Below, piece after piece: positions 38,155-51,698 of a stretch of DNA of 64,000 nt. The notes below the pieces were generated by a model. That model ran no database searches and was not told the origin of the DNA. It saw only the letters and a program-made list of their open reading frames with translations. The DNA is from Zootoca vivipara (lineage: Eukaryota). The position numbers and the translations under genes were made by a program. The DNA is taken from positions 52,700,001 through 52,764,000 of the forward strand of contig NC_083276.1 of NCBI RefSeq assembly GCF_963506605.1. The letters are read 5' to 3'. Each line of letters starts with the position of its first letter. Position 1 is the stretch's first letter.

Positions 38155-39172
38155 GAGGTTGCAGAAGGCTGTGGTGTCAACCACTTTAACAGAGGTTGTA
38201 ACTGTACTGCTCCTGAAGAAATCTAACTTGGACTTGGAAGATACGGACAAATATAGGCTAATCACTAGCATCTCTTTCCTGGTGGTTGCAAGTCACCTCC
38301 AGACTCTCTTGTATTGAATTGCTTTCCTAGATTCATTGCAATAGGATTTGGGGTCTGGTTTTGGAATGGAAACTATTAGTTGACCTGTGGGACAACTTAT
38401 GCCAATAGACAGACAGACAGGTCACATTAATTTGTCCAGCAAGTTTTGATCCTGTCAACCTCTGTAGTCTTCTGGACAGGTTATCAGAGTTGAGTGTTGT
38501 ACCACAGTGGATCCACTCCTGTTTTGATGGTTAATTCCAGAAGATGGTGCATGAGGATTATTGCTCTGCCTCTTGCAGTTAAGTTGTGAGGTTTTATCCT
38601 CAATGCTGCTCAACATAAACTTGAAACTGCTAGGTGAGGACACCCAGAGTTATGGACTGAGGAGTGTGACACCCAGCTCTACCTCTCCTTTTAATGAAGT
38701 CCTGGGGAGGCAAGGGGTGTTCTGATATGGTGCTTGACTTGGTAATGGATTGGAGGGTCAATAAACAGAGATGCAGTTGAAGGCATACATCTCAGTGTTC
38801 AACCTTTTCTGGATCAGCTTCATGGTTTCAGGGCTGGATCTAGCACTGTGCCTTGAGATGCAGATGGCCTCAGTGGCTTTTGCTGATATCCCAACTGCAG
38901 CTTTATCTGGACAGAGACAGTCTTGCTACGGTTATCTACACTCTGGTAACCACCCATTTAAATTCCGGCAGTACAATTCTATCTTGGGTTGGCTTTGCAA
39001 ATGGTCTGGAAACTTCAATTAGTCCAAAATAGGTCAGCAAAGCTGTTTACTGGGACTGGCCATTATGATGACATTATGCCAGTGCTTTGCCATCTGCACT
39101 GGTTCCTAATCCATTTCTGAGCTCAATTCAAAGTGCTGGTATTAACCTTTAAAAGCCCAAAACAGCTTGGGG
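38155..39172 (+). mobile_element. Old, degraded L2 ORF2 (RT region)
   Basis: Remnants LLKKSNLD..D..KYR.I...SFL and HLHW..I.F.AQFKVLVLTFK. Many frameshifts. Confidence 0.75.
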
Positions 39173-40169
39173 CATTGCAGTGAGCCAGCACTATGGGCAT
39201 CCTGCCAAGAATTGCCAGGGAGGGACAGAAGGAATTAAAGGCCTCTCTTTTGCTTACGGGTGTCCCTTCCTACACAGCTCTGTGAGCCATCTGTGCATTC
39301 ACGGATCATACCCAGTATCAGAGAGGAAATTATGTACACATTGCCATGGAAGTGGGAAATGTTCACAATTCTTGATGTGCATCCTATCTGGTGAAAACTG
39401 TAGTTGTGTCTAGCAAAGCATGTGCAAAGTTGATGAAAATTAATACAGATGTTTAAACTGAAGCAGCATCTCTAAGCAATTTCCCCTCAAAGACTTAGCC
39501 ATTTGGCAAATAATAATTGAATTTTATCCATCTGAAAGAAGAATAAGAAGAATTGAAACCTTTCTCGCTGTAAATGATGTTTTACCGAATCCATTTCTAT
39601 TTACTTTTGATGAAGTTCATTTCAATTTGCTTTGAACCACTGCCCTGTATTTATGTGCCTATGTGCATGTTTATTACGGAATTGTCAGGAAATAGAGACT
39701 CTTTTGTCAAAGCACTGAGTAATTTATAGTAATTGCTGGCACTTTTATAGTTCCTTTCTCTGAGATGTGCATTGGATGTCCAATTGGACATGGCAAAAAT
39801 CATGTTATACTGTGGTTTGAATTGTTTTTTTTAAAAAAGTAAAAAGTAAAAATATCCAGTCAGAATAGTAATTGGAATTAATGAAGAGAAGCTACTGTAC
39901 ATTTCACACACCTTGAATCCAGTCCTGGTGTTTTAAGGGTAGCACTACGTACTGATAGGGGAGGGAGATTCCTTTTTCATAGCACAGCCTTCTTGTTCCA
40001 TATAATTTGAAAATATACAATCTAGAACCATCAACAACATATTTCATCAATACAATGCATCCAGCTTCTTTCTGTTTAGTGCTAGGTATGCCTTGACCAA
40101 ACCCTTCATTAGCTAAGATGGTTAATAATTATAACACTTTTCCTACAAAGTTAGAACACTCTACATGCA

Positions 40170-40298
40170 TCAGAATAATAGAATTGTAGCATTAGAAGGA
40201 ACCCCGAGGATTATCTAGTCCAACCCCCTGCAATGCAGGAATATGCAGCTGTCCTGCAACCTTGGTGGTATCAGCACGTGTTGACCACCTGAGCTATC
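40170..40298 (-). mobile_element. Short tRNA-head / CR1-tail SINE
   Basis: The reverse strand begins TAGCTCAGGTGGTC and ends GGGGGTTGGACTAGAT...ACAATTCTAT. Confidence 0.6.
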
Positions 40299-41571
40299 TA
40301 GACTCTTTTTCTTGGCCCCCCACATATAAGATAGTCACCCAACAGATATCATTTATTTATTAAAACTCTACTTTTATGTAACAAGTTACCCCCAAAGTAC
40401 AAATCCAACAATCAGTTATGAACACAATCTACAAAAATGGTTAACAGTATTTTAGTATAGCAGAATTTTTTTTTCAAATTTCCAAAGATGGAGATAAATG
40501 GATATGTAAAACTGCAAACAGGAGTATTTGAATAAAATGCCACCAGCCAGACATTACACACTCCATGACCATGGGAGAACCCCTAATGTATGGATCTTAA
40601 AGCATAATCTCTTTCTTCCTCAACTTCACCAGTAGCTAGAGGCATGATGTAGCAGGAGGGCAGGAGACCTTCACAAGTGACTAATTCTCTATCAAACCCC
40701 ACACAAAATCCTAGTGCTTTCTCTCCCCCTCCCTCCCCTGGATGCTTATGAAAAGAAACTTCTACATTAGGCAATATCCAGCAGAACATTGATCCAGGCC
40801 TCTGAACAAAGAGCTGATTTGCATTTCTAGCTCCTGAGAATTAATTCTGTAACCACTCTTTTGCCCCTTGGGGGACACTTCTCATTTATTCAGAGACCGA
40901 GAGAGGCCAATATTCCTCTACAAAAGCTAAATACATATTGAAGTCGAGATAATTCTTCTAATAAAATCTGTCCAGAAAGGGGCCGTTAATGGGATCATCT
41001 CATGCTGCCTCATGCCCAGTACCTCTCCTAGTCCCAATTGGTCCATTTTTAAGTTCTTCTCTTTGTAGCAAAGCCAAAGAGCTAGAGTTTCATTTCTTGT
41101 TAACCAAAATAAATATGTCAGTGCATTGGCTCATTTCAACTTGCCATATCAGGAAGGGGGAACCTTCTGGGCACCACATAGCAGTGGGCGGAGCATCATA
41201 TTTCCCCTTGGTACCTTTGGCTGTTTTCAATGCATATACACACACCCCTCTCTGTCCTCCATCCAGACAAGCAATGCTGGTTAATTTGGTTTGAGGAAAA
41301 ATAGATATGGGAAAATAAAAAGGAGAATTCCCTGAATGACTAAGATTCAGATTTGGGGCAAATGCTATATGATGAGAGAGCCTCAGCAGAGAATTAAAAT
41401 CATAAAATCTGCAGCAAAGTAAAGTGTGGAAATACACAATGTTAAAAGGGACATCTTAAAGGTCTAAGTTGCTTTCAAAGTTCCCCACTTCCCTTGGCAT
41501 AGAAAAAGGCCATATTTTTGGTAAATTAAAAATGATTTACTTCCAAACTCTTCAAAGGTCAAATTCATGTG

Positions 41572-42451
41572 TGTCACGGTCCGGTCGGCGGGCGTCAGGA
41601 CCAGAGGCAAGATGGTGGTGTAGAAGCAGGTGCAGGGCTGAGGGTCCAGCAGCAGGCAGTCACAGGGTCAGGGAGCAAGGCAGAGGCAAAGGTCTGGGAG
41701 TCAAGGAGGAAGGCGTCGGCAAGGCGAAGGTCCAAGGAGCAAGGCGAAGGCTCAAGGAACAAGAAGCAAGGCGAAGGTTCAAGGAACAAGAAGCAAGGCG
41801 AAGGTCCAAGGAGCAAGAAGCAAGGCGAAGGTACAAGGGTCGAGGATCAAGGCGTCGGCAAGGCAAGGGTCCACGGAGCAAGGATCAAGACATCGGCAAG
41901 GCAAGGGTCCACGGAGCAAGGATCAAGACGTCGGCAAGGCAAGGGTCCACGGAGCAAGGAGCAAGACGTCGGCAAGGCAAGGGTCCATGGAGCAAGGATC
42001 AAGACGTCGGCAAGGCAAGGGTCCAAGGAGCAAGGATCAAGGCGTCGGCAAGGCAAGGGTCCACGGAGCAAGGATCAAGACGTCGGCAAGGCAAGGGTCC
42101 ACGGACCAAGGATCAAGACGTCGGCAAGGCAAGGGTCCACGGAGCAAGGATCAAGACATCGGCAAGGCAAGGGTCCACGGAGCAAGGATCAAGACGTCGG
42201 CAAGGCAAGGGTCCAAGGAGCAAGGATCAAGAGGCCAGATGCAACCAGGCAGGGAAAGCATTGCTGTGGCAAAGAGCTAAAGGGAAATGCTGGGCTTTTA
42301 TCCCTCCCAGCTCCTGCCACCAGGTGCGGTGAGATATCAAGTGGCTTCACCTGTGTGGCCACGCCTTGCTGCTCCAGCACAAGCTGAGACAAGCCCCAGT
42401 CCTGCAAAGCACTACAGGCCCCAGAGCCTGACTCTGCCCATACTCCTGACA
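41572..42451 (-). mobile_element. Solo LTR (Gypsy-like) containing a minisatellite
   Basis: TGTCA...TGACA termini; 5-bp TSD ATGTG at 41567-41571 and 42452-42456. TATA-like GATAAAAG on the minus strand at ~42295-42302. Confidence 0.88.
41738..42232. repeat. Tandem minisatellite: ~3 x 27-bp units, then ~10 x 38-bp units
   Basis: Units GCAAGGCGAAGGTTCAAGGAACAAGAA and GCAAGGCAAGGGTCCACGGAGCAAGGATCAAGACGTCG (the latter from 41858). Confidence 0.95.
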
Positions 42452-42769
42452 ATGTGCTTTCCTATACAGCATTCAGAAAAGACAGGTAGTATAACTTTGG
42501 TCTATAAATGGTAAATGTTTCTAAATTATTTGTATAGAAACAAAGATGGCTTGCTTAAGCCATGCGGCCTAAGCTTGGAGCATCCAGCTTAGACCTCTTT
42601 ACTAGTAGGGATCACATGGTGGAACAAATAGTTTGGTAACTCTTCCTCCCAAGGTAAAGGGAAGGAAGCTAGCTAGCTAAGCCTGGCAGAACAGCTTACT
42701 CTATGATCTTAACTCCTTTCATGCATTAAATAGAGTTAAGCATGTTGGTTTTATGAGGCTGATGATCCA

Positions 42770-42938
42770 ATAAGCAAGAGACATTATCAGGGTTCAAGGA
42801 CACATTCCACCCAGGAAAAAACACTAAGGGTGTGAAGCAGGGCCAGTGAGCGGTGTGGCCAGGGAAGAGTTGAAAGGGCCAAACAGAGTGGTCTGAAGGG
42901 CCATATTTAGTCCTTGGGCCTGAAGTTCCCCACCACTG
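42770..42938 (-). mobile_element. hAT MITE terminal fragment
   Basis: The reverse strand starts CAGTGGTGGGGAACTTCAGGCCC...TGGCCC (Charlie/MER-like terminus). Confidence 0.55.
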
Positions 42939-44177
42939 TTCTATGTTGACCATACCAAGAGATCTTACTAACAGAGAACTTCCCAGCTTATACACAACCT
43001 TATACACAACTGTCAGGGTAGCGCCTTTATTAGAGGTGCACTACTTAATTACAAGGGAACAGCCTTTTCCAGCAGTGATTTCCCAGATAAGAAATGTGCT
43101 CCTTAAAGAGGATTAGAAGGAGAAGCATATAGATGTGTTATCAAGGTCCTGGTGAGCTACCCTATGTGATTAGCATGCTGTATTGAATTTGGCTTGGTGG
43201 GTCACAAATTGTGCTGGATGCCTTTGTGTAGTTTAAAATGGCCTTAATTTAAATGACAAAAAATGCTACAGTGGGGCAAGTGAAGTGATATCTTCAGTGG
43301 CACAATGGTATATCTTCACTTCCTGGTGGCTTTTAGAAGTTGCAGTCATTAAGAGGGCTGGATCTCTGTCCCTGGAAATTTGACACTAAATATTTATATC
43401 ATATACTCAACTATCATGCCCATAGTGTCTAATAACAAATCCAGTAGTTGGAATTTCAGAGCCCCAGTTGGCAGATATTTGAACCACAATCTGTCCAGGG
43501 AAACAAAGAGGGAAGCCAGGGGCTGTTTTCCAAACTTTTGATGTGCTCATCTGTTTAGACAGTGAACTACTATAAGCAAATAAGGTGCCATTTGGAGTCC
43601 CAGCTGCAGTAAGGTGGTGGCTGCAGATGCTCAGTGCCTAGGAGTACCAGGCTGTGGGCTCCATCCAATAGCAAGAGAGAACAGGTGCAGTGTGCCACTG
43701 CCAACAAAAATAAAGTCATCCAAATGACAACATTGGCAGTTGAACAGATAATCAATGAGCATTTGCACTGGGTTTTCACAACCCAAGATCTCCTCTATCC
43801 CATTGTCCAACCAAAGCAGAGGGCCAAGATGGCAGCCACAAGTGAGGCAAAAACTTCCAGCTTTTCTGCCTGCTAAATGATAGCAGATGGTAAACTACAC
43901 GAGAATGGCTCTTCCATTGCTTTGGGCTCTTGTGTTATAATCAATCTGGGACTAGGCAGCTGGGTTAGACTTAGATGTTCATGAAGTCACTTGGTACCAT
44001 GGCATATCTTTAGTTCAATGTTCTAAACCTGATGAGGGAAGAGACCAAGGCAAATGACAGTGTTGCTATATGGCACCTCCAACTTTAGCCTCACCATTTG
44101 ACTGGGCGATAGAAAATGGCAATCTTCTGGCACTGCAGACTGGAGATCAATGGTGACCAAGATCCTAGTCAACACAA

Positions 44178-44420
44178 ATTTATTCATTTATTATTTTTTT
44201 AAAAATATACCCCATTTCCAATACATGTTTGAAAGTGGGTTATAGTAAGAGTTAAACAAAAGAGTTATACAAAAAAAATTTTTAATTTAAATTTAAAACT
44301 TCTAGAAGGGATTTTCACAGAGTTGGGTCCATTATGCTGAAGGCACTTCTCCCTGTTGACAAAAGTCATGCTTCTGGTGCATGGGGGGCACTAACAGTGC
44401 TCCCCCATATGCTCACGGGA
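44178..44420 (-). mobile_element. Degenerate L2 3' tail
   Basis: (TTTA)n tail, then GGGATTTTCACAGAGTTGGGTCCATTATGCTGAAGGC, resembling the reverse of the RAFS...P.LWN.LP region. Confidence 0.45.
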
Positions 44421-45604
44421 CATAAAGGGCGATGCAGCAAAATTGGATTAGAATGACTGGTAGAGCCCTGCAGTGGTAGGATGCAATAAATCCCTGCAGG
44501 CTTCAGGAATAGAAATTACATTTTTTTTAATTCTCTAACTTAGAATGACAACAACCCCACAGCAAGCAGAAAGCCAAAATACAAAAGAGTGGGCAGGACT
44601 AGAGAGTCTCTCTCTTTCTTTCTTGAAGACCTTTCTCTCACTTTCCCCCATATCCTTCTAAAGCCAGTGCTCAGATTTGTGAACAAACAAAAACAGAATT
44701 TTGCAGAGCAAAATTGTTCTAGAGATTTCATTAAGAACCAATATTCTTCACTGCTGCTTCACTTTAAATTGTAGTGGGGTTATATTGTCTGCCATTAAAA
44801 AGGGTTGGCGTGTGCCATCCCAGAGAGATTACCCCTCCTCTTGAGACCCAGTAGAAAGTGTTCTGAGAATTTTGGGGTTGAAATATGCGATAACAAGTGT
44901 CATTTCCTTTCACTACAAAGTTCTGTCTCATCATGAAACAGCAAGGCAGAGATGCACAGAAGGGCCATGTTTTTCTTCAAAAGTTCCTTCGAAGCTTGAA
45001 AGCAGACGGGTTTTCTATCTTTCTCTCTGTTGTCATTTTTGTTTTAAGATAGTTGGTTTCAAGCAAGTTCAGAGCATTAGTCGCCATTGTGTTTCATTCT
45101 GCAGTGACAGCATATGAAGCCCTATGTAGAATGTCTCGGCTTATTTCATTCTCCTACATATGTAGCCCTGGCTGCCTAGAAATCTGCACAGGAAAAAGTG
45201 CCATCAAATTTTGAGTAATTGGAACAAGGAAGGAGGGTAGCGTACACGAGGATTTGACATGTCTTTAGTACTGTAAAGCGGTAATGGGCTCATTTATTAC
45301 TCATGGAGCTCTATGACAGGGCAAAGGGCCAGGAACAATGCTTTAAGGTCACTTGTGCAGGTGACCTGCCAAATAGCAAAAATGAAAAAGAAGTCCGAGA
45401 TAGTGGCCCGTTACAGAGGAAGAGTTCCCACTCTATGAAAAAGAAAGGAGATTGGGAATATGATGCTAATTAGTACAATTTCTTCATTTAGTTAGATTTT
45501 AAGTCCACCCTGTCATGCAAAGATAGGTAACAATATTGCGGAAATGAAATTCAGCCACTGCAAATGAAAAAAGAACCATTTGCTCATACTTTCTCACAAT
45601 ACGT

Positions 45605-45851
45605 AGAAGCATAGAACTGTAGAGTTGGAAGGGGCCCTAAGTGCCATCAAATCTAACCTCCCGCAATGCAGAAATCTCAACTAAAGCATCAATGGCAGAT
45701 GACCACCCAACTCTGCTTACAAACCTCCAAGGAAGGAGAGTCAGTCCACCACCTCTCATGGGAGTCTCTGTTCTACTGTTGAACAGTTCTTGCTGTCAGA
45801 AAGTTCTTCCTGATGTTTAGTCAGAATCTCCTTTCTTGTAGCTTGAATCCA
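45605..45851 (-). mobile_element. CR1 3' end
   Basis: CATAGAACTGTAGAGTTGGAAGGG...AAGTTCTTCCTGATGTTTAGTCAGAATCTCCTTTCTTGTAGCTTGAATCC. Confidence 0.85.
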
Positions 45852-47607
45852 CACTGGTAGAGCCAATGTATTCGCAGTACACTGATCTTGCCACCATCTT
45901 GCCTCCCTCCTTCTACCTCCCAGCAAGTAGCAGCGGCGTGACCGACTGAAGGTCAGGTGAGTGGCACTGCCTCACTACACCTTCCTCAACTGGTGACTGA
46001 GGGTCTTTTTCTGTGAAACAATGGTACACCATGCCAAAACATTGTGGAGGAATATGGTGGCCCACTGGGACACCAAGAAGCAGAATGTGAACAAAACACC
46101 ATTGCTGCCGCCACCACCACTTGCCATGGTAATCCTTCCCCAGGTCTGTTGGTCTGTGTGTCTTTTTCCCCTTTCCTTTTGCCCATACCATTTCATGGAC
46201 AAAACAGCTGTAGATACTGTATAAGTCTCTTCTCAGCTCTAGTTTAGATAATATCAAAAGTTCCTTGAAAGGCTTTGGCCTGCCATTCTCCGTTTTTTAA
46301 GTTACAGGATTTGAAACTCCTCATTTCCAGTGGCTACTCATTTGTAGGAGAATTGGAGTTGAAAAGCGAAGGGAAAGTGTTGGTGCAAAAAGTTCACATT
46401 GTCAGCTAGCACAAGAGGTGACACTGTATAATGTGTTTACAGCTTCTGTCATACAGATGTTAACGTAAAATTTCCATGCTTTTTGGCACATGAGTGAATA
46501 TGTATAAGAACCTTAACTATTGTCTTAAACCTTTTTATCATAGAAAGTATACTTAAAAAACAAATCCCTGACAAACTATTACAGGTAGGTAAGATGGTTA
46601 TTCTAATTATTTTGCAGTATATAAAGGAGGAAAAATAGGGACTGAGTTTGGGGGGGGGGGGAGAAATTGAAGGTAAAAAGTTCACTGAGAGAGAGAGAGA
46701 AAAAAAGCAGAGCATTGAATTGCTGAACTCTCTCTCCTCATATATATATCTCTTATAGGCAGCAGAAGTGCTACATATGTCTTCGAATTATGAAAGGAAC
46801 TGTTCGCATGAAGAATGATGGTTCTTCCACGTTCCAGCCCTAAATCTAAGCCACATGTTCCCATTCTGTTGTGACTGGCAGAGATTCTCTGTGGCTGGAG
46901 GTAAGCTTGGAGCTGATTCCAGGAATCCACTTTTGGCTGGCAAGAGAATGCAAGTCGGCACTGGCTAAGTGTTTGCTGTACAGGCTGGCTGTACAGTTGG
47001 TGCTAGGCCCAATTGTTTCCCTTGTAGCGTAGTCACACTGCATACATAATTGCACACTGCACTTCATTAGCCTCTCTGTATCAGGAAGCTGGCCCATTTC
47101 CCTGCTTAACATTTAATCAGAGGTTTTACCGCTCATGAACATTTTAACAGGAGCAGATAGAGCTCGAAACTTTGCACATTTTGATTTAATTACCACTAAC
47201 AGAGAGATGTCAGTTTCAGCTATTTTCACTCCTCTGTGCAGCCAAGTTTATGGCAATTTTTAAAAATAAATAAAAAAGAAGGTCTGGAGAACAAACTCTT
47301 TGGATACATAGGCTGCAAGTGAAAACAGTTTTCAGAGCTTGTTAGAAAGGCATCGTCGCCCTTGTTTCCTGCCAGACCGATCAAAAACGGAAAATAGGCC
47401 TTCCTCTCTCACTTTCTATCTTTTGCCCCAAAGTGAAGTTCCTCCACTAGATACCTTAGAAACTGGTTTGTGCAGTTCACAATATTGTGAAATCAAAACA
47501 CCTGGCTCTAAGTCACTTTTAACTTCATGGACTTTTAGTGATCAAAATTGGCTTACATCAAAGAATGTCAGTGCCTCATTCTTAAAACTGCTGCATCATG
47601 GGACATA

Positions 47608-47960
47608 AAGGTAAAGGGACCCCTGACCATTAGGTCCAGTTGTGACTGACTCTGGGGTTGCACGCTCATCTCGCATTATTGGCCGAGGGAGCCGGCGTAT
47701 AGCTTCCAGGCAGGTCATGTGGTCAGCATGACAAAGCCACTTCTGGCGAACCAGAGCAGCACATGGAAACGCCGTTTACCTTCCCGCTGTAGCGGTACCT
47801 ATTTATCTACTTGCATTTTGACGTGCTTTCGAACTGCTAGGTTGGCAGGAGCTGGGACCAAGCAACGGGAGCTCACCCCGTCGCAGGGATTTGAACTGCC
47901 GACCTTCTGATCAGCAAGCCCTAGGCTCAGTGGTTTAACCACAGCGCCACCTGGGTCCCT
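47608..47960 (-). mobile_element. Sauria SINE
   Basis: Full body; 13-bp TSD ATCATGGGACATA at 47595-47607 and 47961-47973. Confidence 0.95.
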
Positions 47961-49123
47961 ATCATGGGACATACAGAGCCGCAATTATGAAGCAGCTGAG
48001 GTTAAGTTAGAGTTGCGGGGATGTTAATCTGCCATGGCAGACAGATAGATCAGTATATGTGTTAGGATCATGCTGTTCAGTGGGTTGTATATTGAGCTGC
48101 AAGGAAAGAGAAGAGCCCTCCAGTTCACCCTTCTCTCTCTAACTTACAAATGCGCTTGCTTCTGTTTCCTGAAAGCCTTTCATAGCTGTGAGAATCAAAT
48201 TGCAAAAAGGCATAGCTTGAACCCAAGAAATTCCTTCTTGAAATTCTCACATATCATTGATCAATACTGCCCTTACCTTTTCCTCAGAACTTTTATGAAG
48301 CTTGAGAAAAATAGAGAGAAATATCTGTGCTCAGTGCCACTAAGTTTGCAAATGTTATTTTGTTTATGTTAATTAACTTCAGCTTATGTTAATCAACTCA
48401 CAGAGGATTTAGTGCATGGTGCACACTTGATAGAAAGCAATCTGGTGGTGCTTGTGGTAAGTAGAATCTTTAAAGCACACTGCAATTGGCACTGTAAGCT
48501 CTTTCTAGTGCATCCGAACAACAGGAATCCAAAAGTTTTTTTCCTACATGTGATAAATTCTACTGTAACATAAAGTCCAAGCTGCAAAGTGGGGAGCAAG
48601 AAAACATCATAGGGAAATCGCCTCAAAAGGGTTGCAGTGGAAACACCAGAATTAAATATGGGAAGCGGGAATAGAAGAAGCAAACCCCAGTGAGGTGGGG
48701 GCAGGCAGAAGCATGTTCAGAATGCCTTTCACAAGGATCCAGCATGGAATGAATTTGGGAAGGTGAACTACTTGGGGAGGGGAGGGAACTGCTCCCACTT
48801 CTGGAGGTGTCAACGAAGATACATTTATATGATGCATTGCCTCACACACATTCCCACCCCCCTAAAATTAATGCGTAAGCTAACAAAATGTTTTGCCCCA
48901 CCATAAAAAAGTGAAAATCATGGGAAATGGATTCTTCTCCCTTGGGCATCCATTTAAATCACAATAAATGAATGAAAAATGCAACAGTAGAGAACATGCA
49001 CTTAGAACAACCCCTTCAGTACCTCTTAGTCCAAATTGGAATGCTGGTCTGACTGCTCAGGTTTATAGCACAAGGCAGAGAAGCAGGACTTTCTCTTTCA
49101 TCTTGGACAAAACAGACCAACTA

Positions 49124-49479
49124 AGGTAAAAGTAAAGGTAAAGGGCCCCTGGACGGTTACGTCCAGACTATGGGGTTGTGGCGCTCATCTCGTTTCAAGG
49201 CAAGGGAGCCGGCGTATGTCCACAGACAGCTTTTCTGGATCATGTGGCCAGCATGACTAAACCACTTCTGGCGCAACGGGGCATGGTGACGGAAACCAGA
49301 GTGCACGGAAATGCCATTCAGCTTCCTGCTGCAGCGGTACTTATCTACTCACGCTAGTATGCTTTCAAATTGCTAGGTTGGCAGGAGCTGGGACAAAGCA
49401 ATGGGATTCAACCTGATGAGTTTATGATCAGCAAGCCCAAGAGGCTTGGTGGTGTAGACCACAGCGCCACCTACGGCCC
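49124..49479 (-). mobile_element. Sauria SINE, diverged subfamily
   Basis: (ACCTTT)n tail and head are present, with internal indels. TSD ACAGACC(A/C)ACTA. Confidence 0.88.
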
Positions 49480-49739
49480 ACAGACCCACTATAGCCCTAT
49501 TCAGTGTGGAATAAGGAACAGGAACAGATCAAGTAGCCTCATCCCTAGTCTTTGTGTGAGGAATATGCATATCTGCAGTGATGGAGCACATGTACGACAT
49601 AATTGGTGTTCTAGGTTGGGAAAGAGCCTTGGTGCACACTGCTGTTAGTGCAAATGCTCTGTTGCTACAGATGGTCACTGTCTTCATGTGAAAAATAGGG
49701 GATGTGGCACTTTGGCACTTCCCTACTGCTGCCCTTTCT

Positions 49740-50666
49740 CAATGAATACAGGATTATTATTTTGTTCCAAACAATACCAATATTGGGAGGAATGAAATGC
49801 TTCCAAGATTGGAAAAAAGAAATTGCAAAATTTATACAGAACGGGGGAAAACCGTGAATTAAACATCAATTGTTAATAGATAAGAAGGAGAGAGGAGGCT
49901 TCTCACTCCCCTTAGACTTAGAACTTTATCATACGGCTGCAAGGCTGGTCTAGCTTAAAGAATGGATTACATGGATTACATTAGAGGACACAGATATGCT
50001 AGATCTTGAAGGCCACGATAATCGATACAGGTGGCATGCCTATTTGATATATGATAAAGTGAGAGTCCATAAGGGTTTCTTGAATCATGTGATAAGAAAA
50101 TCCCTGTATAAGTTTTAGGAGGAATATAAAAGGTTGTTAGGGCCAAAGATACCCTGGTGAACCTTTCCTGCAGAAGCCATAGCAATCAAAAAAAGGAATA
50201 TGAAAAAGGAATGGCCCACCTATCGAATTTGTGGAAGATAAGCCAATGCTGAAAAAATATGACAAAATTAAAAGCCACTTGACAGACTGGCTCCAACAAA
50301 TCCCGGTAAATCAAAGATTGAGTTTAGACAAGAGAGGTGGTCTGGCAAAAGAAACATCTAAGTTTGAAAAAGATATAACTCATAATAAAGGAAAATATAT
50401 TTCAGGAATATACAACTATTTATTAGAATGGGAAGTGAAAGAAGAGCAAGTTAAAGTTGTAATGGTGAGATGGGCACAAGATCTTGGATATAATATCTAT
50501 ATGGAAAAATGGGAAAGATTATGGAGGAAGGACATAAAGTTCACGGCATGCTATAATCTTAGGGAGAACGTAATGAAAATGCTTTATAGATGGCACCATA
50601 CTCCAGCAAAACCTGCTAAAATATATAAAGGTAGATCACCAACTTGCTGGAGATGCAAAAAAGAGA
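49740..50666 (+). mobile_element. L1-clade LINE ORF2 C-terminal fragment, truncated by the gap
   Basis: Encodes WERLWRKDIKFTACYNLRENVMKMLYRWHHTP...CWRCK (zf-RVT-type region). A-rich sense strand. Confidence 0.85.
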
Positions 50667-50795
50667 NNNNNNNNNNNNNNNNNNNNNNNNNNNNNNNNNN
50701 NNNNNNNNNNNNNNNNNNNNNNNNNNNNNNNNNNNNNNNNNNNNNNNNNNNNNNNNNNNNNNNNNNNNNNNNNNNNNNNNNNNNNNNNNNNNNNN
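50667..50795. other. Assembly gap (129 N)
   Basis: Run of N. Confidence 1.
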
Positions 50796-51644
50796 TTTAG
50801 CTGAGATTGGTTTGAAGACCTAACAGCAACAAATTAGGTGATGTAGTTCCTTTTAAATGTACTGTATATCTGCCCTCCTTTGATGAAGTAGGGCTCTGCC
50901 ATTCATTCCATAATACTAGAGCCACCACTACAAAGGTATAACTGACATTGGAGAGATACTAAGTTCAAATAAAAACCGAATGAAAGGACAAATGTAAATC
51001 CTAAGATTTCAAGAACAAGGTGACATTCTGGATTATTGCTCAACTGCTAATATTTCATCTTCAGAACACTCAATTTGTAATAGCAACATTTGTTGATGTT
51101 CCTGTGATTACCTTATTTCCTCTGTAAAAGTGTTCTTCATTTTTATTTTTATATACTGTATGTGAATAAAATGACTCTGTATTTACCTTTGTTGTTTCCT
51201 TGCACGATGAGTAATGAAATGCTAACACCGTGAAAGGCGACAGGAAAGAAATACCTCTACTGTATTGACTATACCAAGTTATTGCCAGATATTCTCACGA
51301 ACACATTGTCTATGCCTTAAGCACAGCAAACACCAGTAAGTGGCATGAAGGGGAAAAGAGAAATGAAATGAATATAAAGTAATATATCTGGGAAGAGTGA
51401 ATCAGCCAAAGAGGAGAAGTCTCTAAACAGTTGTCATTAAGTACATTTGAGTTTCAGGTACTGGCTTTTTCTGATTACCAGATATATGGAAAAGATAGTA
51501 CAGCGGAGTATCAGAGAACCAAATATTTTGGGTAGCATATGTATGTATTATCTATCAGGTTTATATTTTGTCCATAAAAAATATCTAAGGTGGGTCAGGA
51601 CTTCATGGCTGCCATGATAACCATGGGACACAGATCACTGACCC

Positions 51645-51645
<1 letters not shown>

Positions 51646-51695
<50 letters not shown>
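51646..51695. repeat. (CA)n microsatellite
   Basis: Seen directly. Confidence 0.97.

Positions 51696-51698
<3 letters not shown>

Noticed and set aside
41469-42387. 287-aa and 272-aa repetitive ORFs; CRISPR-like periodicity
   Set aside because: These are products of a stop-free 38-bp (non-triplet) tandem repeat in an LTR. There are no unique spacers and the context is eukaryotic.
44028-44065. CTGATGAG hammerhead-like core
   Set aside because: There is no stem II followed by GAAA and no flanking helices.
45924-45962. Micro-exon candidate ending CAG|GTGAGT
   Set aside because: There are stops in all three frames from the best acceptor, and no other support.
50231-50800. 189-aa ORF as a gene
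   Set aside because: It is an L1 ORF2 fragment extended artificially through the N gap.
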